A DNA stretch of 55,448 bases from a virus. Taxonomy: Duplodnaviria > Caudoviricetes. The DNA is taken from the IMG/VR virus record IMGVR_UViG_3300027747_000926, positions 1 to 55,448 of that record. One strand, 5' to 3'. Made by a program: the position numbers and the translations under genes. Of the stretch, positions 46,688-54,138 are shown piece after piece. The first letter of the stretch is position 1, and the number at the start of each line of letters is the position of its first letter. The notes below the pieces were generated by a model. The model was not told the DNA's origin, did no database searches, and worked only from the letters and a program-made list of their open reading frames with translations.

Positions 46688-46717
46688 TATTGACTCTGCT
46701 AATAATTTAGATATACT
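46688..46717 (+). promoter_or_regulatory. Promoter of the recombination operon, overlapped by an operator
   Basis: TTGACT (46690) -16 bp- TATACT (46712); operator TATTGACTCTGCTAATA at 46688-46704. Confidence 0.55.
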
Positions 46718-46743
46718 CCTAGATATGCACTACCGCATATTGA

Positions 46744-47412
46744 TTGAAAGGGTATATGGAAAACACAAAGCCAACACAAGTTCTTGTAGGAATCCAGCTT
46801 GTCACCGCCGCCTTCTCGAAGGATGGGATTAGCAAGAGTCACAAGAACGAATCACAAGGTTTTGCTTTCCGTGGAATTGACGATGTTCTTAATCGCATGT
46901 CCAAGGAATTGGTTGAAGCAAACCTTGTCATCATCCCAAAGGTGACATCAAGAGAAGTTCACGAACGAATTAATTCTCGTGGCAATCCCCTATTTTATGT
47001 AGTCCTTACTGTTGACTACACCATCGCATCATCACTAGACGGATCATCTGTGGTCTGCACTGTGGTCGGTGAAGCTATGGACTCAGGTGATAAGGCAACC
47101 AACAAAGCCTTGTCTATCGCCTACAAATACATGGCGTTTCAGTTGTTCAGCATTCCAATTGCTGAAGATCCTGACCGCACAACACATACGCTTGAACCCA
47201 ACAAGCCACCCGAGCAAAAGAAGAAGTTAAGTCAGACAGACATAGGATCAATTGAAACTCTAGCTAATCAAGCAGGGATTACGAGTGAGTTCATCTGCAA
47301 CCTATACAAGATTGAAGACATAACGGAGTTGCCACCTTCTAAATTAAATGAAGTGATAACTAATTTGCAAAAGAAAATCAAAGTTAAATCTAAAGAAAAG
47401 GAAACTGTATGA
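46744..47412 (+). CDS. erf: ERF family single-strand annealing protein (true start probably ATG 46756)
   Basis: GFAFRGIDDV...GEAMDSGDKATNKALSIAYKY...FSIP..EDPD. Confidence 0.88.
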   Translation: MKGYMENTKPTQVLVGIQLVTAAFSKDGISKSHKNESQGFAFRGIDDVLNRMSKELVEANLVIIPKVTSREVHERINSRGNPLFYVVLTVDYTIASSLDGSSVVCTVVGEAMDSGDKATNKALSIAYKYMAFQLFSIPIAEDPDRTTHTLEPNKPPEQKKKLSQTDIGSIETLANQAGITSEFICNLYKIEDITELPPSKLNEVITNLQKKIKVKSKEKETV

Positions 47413-47639
47413 ACGAAGCACAAATTGCATTACGAAATAAACCAATTGTTTTCAGTGAGGTCTACTCAAACCCAATAGCTCAAAAGATTGATGTTCTTTT
47501 TGATGCGCTGGTTGATGAGTGGTGTCACTCCCAAGGAATTAAAGAAGATGATTTAGATGGTGATAAATCTTTTATTTTGGACAGCCTCTACAGTGCGTTG
47601 AAATTATTTAAAAAACTTGAAGAAGAGGAAACTGTATGA
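47409..47639 (+). CDS. Hypothetical protein
   Basis: 76 aa, flanked by a 14-bp direct repeat. Confidence 0.6.
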   Translation: MNEAQIALRNKPIVFSEVYSNPIAQKIDVLFDALVDEWCHSQGIKEDDLDGDKSFILDSLYSALKLFKKLEEEETV

Positions 47640-47872
47640 GCCAGTACAACAACATCTCCGTATTTAAAGCCAAGCCTAGCGAGAACCCAAAGGCACCAGC
47701 ATTTAACGTCATCATTGAGATGGCTAATGGTGAGAAGTTTCGTGGTGGATTGTGGAAAAAAACATCTGCCAAAGGCACGGACTATTTAGCTGGGGCATTA
47801 GAGCCTGACACAGGTGAGTCCAAGCAACGTCAGCCAAAGCCTGAGCCTAAGCAAGACTTGGTTGACTGGTAA
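47636..47872 (+). CDS. Small OB-fold/SSB-like protein (DUF736-like)
   Basis: NPKAPAF...GGLWKKTSAKGTDYLAG; C-terminal DW tail. Confidence 0.65.
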   Translation: MSQYNNISVFKAKPSENPKAPAFNVIIEMANGEKFRGGLWKKTSAKGTDYLAGALEPDTGESKQRQPKPEPKQDLVDW

Positions 47873-48030
47873 AAAATATTTGGCTGTGCATCCATATTGC
47901 AGATGTGGCGCACCGATAAAAAGGTGCGAGTAATACCTCCTTGAAGGCGACTTCATAACAAATCTAACGTCAAGATAATCTGCTGGGGCGTGACAACGGA
48001 GAGAGATCCGTTCTAATTAAAGGACATTGT

Positions 48031-48903
48031 GTGAACTTAACTAACTTGCATGACCTACCTGAGGCTCTCGTTCTAGCAGTATCGAATGACCCTTACACAG
48101 GTGGCGGTGACATCTCAGTTACCAAACTAATAGACTCACCTCAGATACGTTTACTACGTGCTGAATATAAAGATGCAATCGTAGAAGATGTAAGCGATCG
48201 TATTTGGTCTTTGCTTGGTCAGGCTACTCACACAATTCTAGAGAGAGCTGGATCAGCTACCTCAGATGTGCAAGAGGAAAGACTGTATGCCGAGGTCGAT
48301 GGCTGGAAATTGTCAGGTCAGTTTGACCGCATGGATTTACGAGTCAAGACTTTAGATGATTACAAAGTCACCAGCACCTACAAAGTATCGGGAGACCATA
48401 CAGATTGGGAGCGCCAGTTAAATGTATTGCGTTGGCTTGCCATTCAAAACGGATATGAGGTTGAGCAGTTAAGAATCGTTGCCATCCTTCGGGATTTTAG
48501 TAAGGCAAAGGGATTGCGCGATCCTGATTATCCAAAACGACCTGTTGCTGTTATCCCAATAACGGTGTGGCCGCTTGAGGAAACGTATCAGTACATCAAA
48601 AGTCGTATCAGCATTCACCAATCTGCATCAGCAGGAGAGAAGATTGAATGCACTGATGATGAGCGTTGGTTCTCAGGTGACAAGTTTGCATTAATGAAGA
48701 AAGGCGCTAAGAGAGCGATCAAATTATATGAATCAAAAGACGAACTTCCGAATCCCCTCCCTGACGGAACTTTTATTGAGCAGAGACCAGGAGTGTACCG
48801 TCGGTGCGCAGAGTATTGCGAAGTCGCACCATTCTGTGAGCAGTATCGACCAATTAGGGAAGCGATTTCTGCTTCCGTCTGGGAGAGTGCTGACAGTGAT
48901 TGA
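48031..48903 (+). CDS. PD-(D/E)XK (Cas4/RecB-like) exonuclease
   Basis: LGQATH, EERL, SGQFD...DDYKVT, QLN and C-terminal RCAEYCEVAPFCEQ. Confidence 0.85.
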   Translation: MNLTNLHDLPEALVLAVSNDPYTGGGDISVTKLIDSPQIRLLRAEYKDAIVEDVSDRIWSLLGQATHTILERAGSATSDVQEERLYAEVDGWKLSGQFDRMDLRVKTLDDYKVTSTYKVSGDHTDWERQLNVLRWLAIQNGYEVEQLRIVAILRDFSKAKGLRDPDYPKRPVAVIPITVWPLEETYQYIKSRISIHQSASAGEKIECTDDERWFSGDKFALMKKGAKRAIKLYESKDELPNPLPDGTFIEQRPGVYRRCAEYCEVAPFCEQYRPIREAISASVWESADSD

Positions 48904-49050
48904 AGACACAGGGTATGACAGTTACCTATGCGTGTATGACATGCCTGATATGAAAGATGTAAAGGGTCTTAATAAAAAAGAGATCGAAGAAATCAGGCAA
49001 GTGGAGTTTAGAAAATCTTTTATTTGGAAGTATGGAAAGGAACAAATGTA

Positions 49051-49236
49051 ATGGATTCAAAACCGATGGACATCAAAGAGGCGGCAACCTATCTTGGTTT
49101 GTCAGTATTTACAGTAAGGAAGCTAGCAAAAAATAAGGGGTTACCAGCCGCAAAGATTGGCAGAGCGTATCGCTTTATTAGAGACGACCTAGATTCATAT
49201 ATTCGCACTCAGTATAAAAATGCAGAACCAGTCTAA
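49051..49236 (+). CDS. xis: Excisionase-like MerR/HTH_17 protein
   Basis: EAATYLGLSVFTVRKLAKNKGLPAAKIGRAYRF; AAGGA RBS before ATG 49051. Confidence 0.75.
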   Translation: MDSKPMDIKEAATYLGLSVFTVRKLAKNKGLPAAKIGRAYRFIRDDLDSYIRTQYKNAEPV

Positions 49237-49468
49237 GCAAGTACGTTTAGAGGAATTTATTTTAGCGTGGGTTAAGCACACTGTTGAGAACCCTGACATC
49301 ACACTAAATGATTGGCTTAAAACATTTGGTGTTTTGACTGGGGTGGCAATGAACTTAGCAGATGTAAATGGAGAGCTTGTTGATAAAGCAATTCATTCAG
49401 TTGGAGAGGTAGCAAAAAAATCGTACCTTGATTCTAAGGATCATATTAAACCGAGTACTTTGCAATAG
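49220..49468 (+). CDS. Hypothetical protein
   Basis: 82 aa within the operon. Confidence 0.55.
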   Translation: MQNQSKQVRLEEFILAWVKHTVENPDITLNDWLKTFGVLTGVAMNLADVNGELVDKAIHSVGEVAKKSYLDSKDHIKPSTLQ

Positions 49469-49476
49469 GAAAAATC

Positions 49477-49674
49477 GTGGCGAAATTTACTTTAACAATA
49501 GAAGATTTACCTGAAGGCAGTGAAGATCTTTTGACTATTAAGATGGATGTAATCGAGAAGTCTGATGATGAGACTCCGACACCAGCAGAATATATCACCT
49601 GTCTTATCTTAGAAATAGTTGACCAAATTCAGAAAGGGGCTTCAATTGATTCCCTGTCAGAAGTGCAAAACTAG
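49477..49674 (+). CDS. Acidic hypothetical protein
   Basis: 65 aa, AGGA RBS. Confidence 0.55.
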   Translation: MAKFTLTIEDLPEGSEDLLTIKMDVIEKSDDETPTPAEYITCLILEIVDQIQKGASIDSLSEVQN

Positions 49675-49978
49675 AACTGATGTATATGACTCTCGCTTTA
49701 ATCATGAAGGTTTGATCAGGCGTAAAAGAATTTGTGGTGGGTGTGGGTTTAGATTTGCCACGCTTGAAATAATGGATAACGAAAACACCTTGAGTCAGGT
49801 AAAGCGTATACCAAAACCTAAAGTGGTTAAGCCTAAGGTAAACCGCAAACCTAAGCCAGCAAAGGCGCAGAGGGTTGCTAGTAAATCTGTCATGGCAAAT
49901 AACTTTATGGATGACTTTGAAAGTTTTGAAACCGATAGCGATGTTCAAGAGTTTATGAAAGGGATTTCGCTTGACTAA
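49619..49978 (+). CDS. NrdR-like zinc-ribbon protein (start uncertain)
   Basis: CQKC..TDVYDSR...IRRKRICGGCGFRFATLE. Confidence 0.75.
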   Translation: MTKFRKGLQLIPCQKCKTRTDVYDSRFNHEGLIRRKRICGGCGFRFATLEIMDNENTLSQVKRIPKPKVVKPKVNRKPKPAKAQRVASKSVMANNFMDDFESFETDSDVQEFMKGISLD

Positions 49979-50001
49979 GCGTATCAGCACAGGAGATATA
50001 T

Positions 50002-50580
50002 ATGACGTCAGTTGATAGAGGAACAGAAGCAATACATGATTTTGTAATGGAAGTTGCAAAACAAATGGATGAGAAAGATCGTTTGATTTGTGAGTTAAGG
50101 GCTGAGCTGCAAGATGTAGAAAGTCTGTATCTACATGACAGATTTAAACCGGCAAGTGACTCTAAGGCTACCAATCCAAAGGATATTGTTGGCACACAGA
50201 AAGCACCGATGAGTACGGTATCAGCGCCAGTTATGGCAGAGGTGGGTGTAGCTATGTTAGAAGGTGCTTGTAAGTATGGGCGCCACAACTATCGTGCAGT
50301 AGGTGTAAGAGCATCTGTGTATTACGACGCTACGATGCGCCACCTGATGAGCTGGTGGGAAGGTGAGGACATTGATCCTGATAGTGGCATGAGCCATGTA
50401 ACTAAGGCCATAACATCGTTAGTCGTATTGCGTGATGCCATGATTCAAGGAATGGTAACGGATGATCGCCCTCCTTCCAGTGTCCAGTTTTATCACTCAT
50501 TAAATCAGACTGCCTCTGAAATTATTAATCGCCACAAGGACAAGAGTCCTAGGCACTACACCATTGAGGATTCATTATGA
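50002..50580 (+). CDS. dATP/dGTP diphosphohydrolase-domain protein (DUF5664-like)
   Basis: EGACKYGRHNYR...YYDATMRHL..WWEGEDIDPDSGMSH. Confidence 0.85.
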   Translation: MTSVDRGTEAIHDFVMEVAKQMDEKDRLICELRAELQDVESLYLHDRFKPASDSKATNPKDIVGTQKAPMSTVSAPVMAEVGVAMLEGACKYGRHNYRAVGVRASVYYDATMRHLMSWWEGEDIDPDSGMSHVTKAITSLVVLRDAMIQGMVTDDRPPSSVQFYHSLNQTASEIINRHKDKSPRHYTIEDSL

Positions 50581-50729
50581 AAAAAGAAAAGCCAGGTTTG
50601 TATGCCAACATCGCCGCAAAGAAAGAGCGTATTAAGGATGGGTCAGGCGAGAAGATGCGTAAGGTAGGTACCAAGGGAGCGCCCACTAAGCAAGACTTTA
50701 TTAACTCCGCAAAGACTGCAAAGAAATGA
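50577..50729 (+). CDS. Small basic phage protein (50 aa, not in ORF track)
   Basis: MKKEKPGLYANIAAKKERIKDGSGEKMRKVGTKGAPTKQDFINSAKTAKK, ATGA-coupled at both ends. Confidence 0.75.
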   Translation: MKKEKPGLYANIAAKKERIKDGSGEKMRKVGTKGAPTKQDFINSAKTAKK

Positions 50730-50980
50730 GTCAGTCTAAGTATGGAAGTTTAATTGAGGCGGCGGCACATACTTGCATTGGTTATGTTCTCAGTTTAGGT
50801 GTGCAACTTATTGTCTACCCGATTTATGGGGCAACCTTTACGGTCATGCAAAACATTGAGATTGGTTTGATCTTTATGGTGGTCAGCTTGGTGCGGGGTT
50901 ACGTTATCCGCAGATGGTTTGAGGCAAGGATTCATCGGGCGGTAGAAAAGTTTGCGGGTGGTGATGAGCGACCTGTTTGA
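50726..50980 (+). CDS. Small membrane protein (DUF7220-like)
   Basis: MSQSKYGSLIEA...IGY...SLVRGYVIRRWF. Confidence 0.7.
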   Translation: MSQSKYGSLIEAAAHTCIGYVLSLGVQLIVYPIYGATFTVMQNIEIGLIFMVVSLVRGYVIRRWFEARIHRAVEKFAGGDERPV

Positions 50981-51224
50981 ATCTGAGTTAACACAAGAGC
51001 AGCGCTGGAGTTTAGAGATTAAAGAATGTCAGATCAGAGTACAAATGCGGGTCGAGCAAGCAATAGCAACTCGGAGTAAAGTAAAACGTAAGGACTTGTA
51101 CAAGTCGTGGCGTCAGGTTTACGGCGATGATATTGCAAGGGAATCTGCAAAGTTGGCTGAGTTAATCTTGACAGGAGCAAGACCTAGACCCAAGTGGTTT
51201 GAAAAGAAGTATGAAATTTATTAA
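50952..51224 (+). CDS. Hypothetical protein (start probably 50964)
   Basis: Located in the operon. Confidence 0.55.
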   Translation: MRVVMSDLFESELTQEQRWSLEIKECQIRVQMRVEQAIATRSKVKRKDLYKSWRQVYGDDIARESAKLAELILTGARPRPKWFEKKYEIY

Positions 51225-51230
51225 GGAGAG

Positions 51231-51539
51231 ATGATGAAAAAACTAATGTTCGCACTAGCTTTCTACTCTGCCCTATCTCAGGCGCAGGTATATAACTATA
51301 GCGGTACCTATAGTAAGACTACCCCTGCCCCAGCTGAAACTACCGGGCGCACAACTACCTACACAGATAAGTTCGGTAGACCAACTGGCTATGCCAATAG
51401 CTACGGCTCTACTACTTACTATGCTGATAAGAATGGCAACAGCACAGGTTCAGCAACGACCTACACAGCACCTGTTGGTGGCACGGTTAGCCCTACTTAC
51501 GATCCTTACCTAGTAGCCCCCGCAAGACCTCTTAAATAA
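51231..51539 (+). CDS. Secreted protein with beta-hairpin repeats
   Basis: Signal peptide; TTYTDKFGRPTG / TTYYADKNGNSTG. Confidence 0.7.
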   Translation: MMKKLMFALAFYSALSQAQVYNYSGTYSKTTPAPAETTGRTTTYTDKFGRPTGYANSYGSTTYYADKNGNSTGSATTYTAPVGGTVSPTYDPYLVAPARPLK

Positions 51540-51672
51540 GGGTTTTTGTGTGGGATATTTATCGACTAGGAGTATCAGCAGTGCTACTTAACTATATATT
51601 TACTAATTACTATTGCCTTTTACTACTACCTAAGGTAAGCTACTTGTGCGTGGCCTTGCTTAAGGAGGTTGT

Positions 51673-52746
51673 ATGAATATGTATAAGCGAGGTGATGTAT
51701 GGAATGCTTCTTGGTATGTAGATGGCAAGCGGTTTCGATACAGTTCAAAGACATCGGATAAGAATGAGGCGAGAGAGTTTTTCGCCAACCTGTATGCCAA
51801 GTCTTTGGATGTGCGTGGCATGGACAGTAAAGTCAGGCGCACGTGGATCGAAGCGGCAACTCGGTATATTGAAGAGCATCAGCATTTGAAGTCGATCGAT
51901 ACGTATGAGCATCAGTTTGCGTGGTGGAGTCAAGCATTTCACGCCGAGCGGATTGTGTACTTAGATCAGATTTCACCTGATGTAGTCAAAGATATTCGAG
52001 ATAAGGAGTTACAACGCCCTCTCTCACGTTGCAAGGACAAGCGTCGTAGTCCTGGTGATGTGAATAACAAGTTGTCTTTCTTGCGTGCAGTAGTGAATGC
52101 AGCTTGTCGTGAGTATCGCTGGATAGATGTGGCGCCTTTGTATCGGTTCTTACCGCATAACGGAGAGCGTCGCAGATGGTTAACTCCTACCGAACTCAAT
52201 CGTTTGTTACAAGCTTTGCCTGAACCCTACAGTTCGATGGCGGAGTTCTCGGTAGCAACGGGTTTACGACAGGCAAATGTTTTGGGTTTGCGCTGGGGTG
52301 ATATTGATCTTCAGAACAGGACTGCGACATTTAAGGATAAGGTCATGAAGAACGGAGAACCCTTCTCCATTCCTTTAAACCAAACTGCATTGACTGTACT
52401 GCGTCGCTGGTTAGGCAAGCATGAAGAGTTGGTCTTCCAAAGAAGTGATGGCAAGGAAGCAAAAGGTGTGCCATCAAAGACCTGGAGTACGGCAATTGCA
52501 AAGGCGGGAATTGATAATTTCCACTGGCATGACCTGAGACATACCTGGGCCAGTTTGCTGCGGCAGTCTGGCAAAGTAGATCTCAGTTTGTTGCAAGAGC
52601 TAGGTGGCTGGAAGAGTGCAAAGATGGTGCAGCGGTATGCCCATTTGTCAGTTGAACATCTGTCTTCTTCGGCGGACATTCTAGACAGTGTATTATCTGT
52701 GTCTGGACAAAAACCGCAGTTGGTTCAGATACAATCGAGCGCTTAG
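51673..52746 (+). CDS. int: Tyrosine integrase
   Basis: TGLR, K, HDLRH, GGW and RYAH catalytic residues; N-terminal arm-binding domain. Confidence 0.96.
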   Translation: MNMYKRGDVWNASWYVDGKRFRYSSKTSDKNEAREFFANLYAKSLDVRGMDSKVRRTWIEAATRYIEEHQHLKSIDTYEHQFAWWSQAFHAERIVYLDQISPDVVKDIRDKELQRPLSRCKDKRRSPGDVNNKLSFLRAVVNAACREYRWIDVAPLYRFLPHNGERRRWLTPTELNRLLQALPEPYSSMAEFSVATGLRQANVLGLRWGDIDLQNRTATFKDKVMKNGEPFSIPLNQTALTVLRRWLGKHEELVFQRSDGKEAKGVPSKTWSTAIAKAGIDNFHWHDLRHTWASLLRQSGKVDLSLLQELGGWKSAKMVQRYAHLSVEHLSSSADILDSVLSVSGQKPQLVQIQSSA

Positions 52747-53098
52747 TCACAGTTTGGTCACAGCAGTAGGTTTTATTGGCAGTGTGAATAAGTTTTGATT
52801 GTGGTAAGTTGTTGATTTACAAAGGTTAAATTTTCAATTCCTCGATAGCTCAGTCGGTAGAGCGCCGGACTGTTAATTTTTCCAGAGCGTATTAACAACG
52901 CAACACTAAAGATAAGTAAGTGCTTTTAAATTAACTTTTAACAGGCTCGGTCACGCAACTTACAAGGCTTTGTGTAGCTTTAGATACCATTTGCTTTGGT
53001 CACAACTTAGTCACACTTTTAGCAAATTTTAGAACGACGGATTGTCGGTAATTTTTTGCTCAGTCACAGTTTAGACACAGATTTTGAGCGACGGATTG
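52744..53098 (+). other. attP: 5' half of tRNA-Asn(GTT) core (52839-52877), arm-type GTCACA pairs and an IHF site
   Basis: Core TCCTCGATAGCTCAGTCGGTAGAGCGCCGGACTGTTAAT. GTCACA pairs 11 bp apart at 52746/52757, 52999/53010 and 53063/53074 (last one GACACA). Minus-strand AATCAACAACTTA at 52805-52817 fits WATCAANNNNTTR. Confidence 0.88.
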
Positions 53099-53127
53099 CT
53101 GATCATCCCCCTCTAAGGGAGAAGTGT

Positions 53128-53391
53128 ATGACTGCAATTCGGTTTGATGACATAGTTTTTATTAAGTGGGCTGGAACAATCCTATGCCTGATAGGGATTG
53201 GATTAACTAGCTGGAATATCTATCCGTTAAATATTATTTTTGGGTTGGTTGGCTCTGGCCTATGGGCTATGTCAGGCTACGCTCAGGATGATACCCCCCT
53301 GTTCTTGGTGGAAATCGTAGCGGCATCCCTGTATTTATTAGGGCTTGTATCTTATATCTACCAAGCGCTAAGACTTTGGGGTATTTTTTAA
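53128..53391 (+). CDS. Small multi-TM membrane protein (start reassigned to ATG 53128)
   Basis: IKWAGT...NIYPLN...LW, three hydrophobic helices, GGAG RBS. Confidence 0.7.
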   Translation: MTAIRFDDIVFIKWAGTILCLIGIGLTSWNIYPLNIIFGLVGSGLWAMSGYAQDDTPLFLVEIVAASLYLLGLVSYIYQALRLWGIF

Positions 53392-53494
53392 TGAGCTTCA
53401 CTATCACTACGCATGAAGGCATGAAAGTGATTCAATGGTTTAACTCTATTGATGATTTACTAAAGTCAATCTTAGCAAACCCTAAAGATAGGTA

Positions 53495-53689
53495 TTGGAG
53501 GAACACATGAACAATGAACCAGTAGCGTTGATGACTGCATATGGAATACACCCATTGTATGAAGGTGCATTACAAGAAGGCATGTTTCTCTACGCTCATC
53601 CAGCAGAACACGACTTGGGAATTGCTGAAGCGATTGGGTTTGAGAAAGGGTATAACGCTGGTTTAAGAAGGGTAAAAGATAATGATTGA
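53495..53689 (+). CDS. Hypothetical protein (start probably 53507)
   Basis: GGAGG RBS; EPVA...LYAHP. Confidence 0.55.
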   Translation: MEEHMNNEPVALMTAYGIHPLYEGALQEGMFLYAHPAEHDLGIAEAIGFEKGYNAGLRRVKDND

Positions 53690-53826
53690 AGCCTTGGTAA
53701 AGCCGCAAGCTTTGGATAATGACATAGCAGTGATGAAGATTCTGCAACTAATGGGGCAGATAAGTCTTAACGATATTCAATATGTGTTACAAATTACACA
53801 AAAAATTTATGGGGAGGTGAAGGCAA

Positions 53827-54138
53827 ATGACAGCATTAACTGACGCTTATGCAAAGGCGCGCATCGAAGGACAGATGGCAGAAGACGAAGCTAAAGTCAC
53901 CATATCTCACATGAAAGTAGATCAACTACGTGAGGAATGGGTTAGCTTGATGGGGATGGTTGCGTACTACTCGAAACTGGAACGGTTGCTGTACTCCAAC
54001 CCCCGTAGCCAGTTCGATAAAGCAAGGGAATACTTAGAACTTATTGAAAAGAACCCTGATAACTGGGAAGCTATACAAGGTCTTATTCTTCTAGTTCAGG
54101 GGATGGTTGACTACGAGCCAAGCGACCAATCTTATTAA
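53827..54138 (+). CDS. Hypothetical protein
   Basis: 103 aa, convergent with and overlapping the end of the giant gene. Confidence 0.55.
   Translation: MTALTDAYAKARIEGQMAEDEAKVTISHMKVDQLREEWVSLMGMVAYYSKLERLLYSNPRSQFDKAREYLELIEKNPDNWEAIQGLILLVQGMVDYEPSDQSY

Noticed and set aside
52839-52877. Functional tRNA-Asn gene
   Set aside because: It has no 3' anticodon strand, T arm or acceptor 3' strand. It is the att core.
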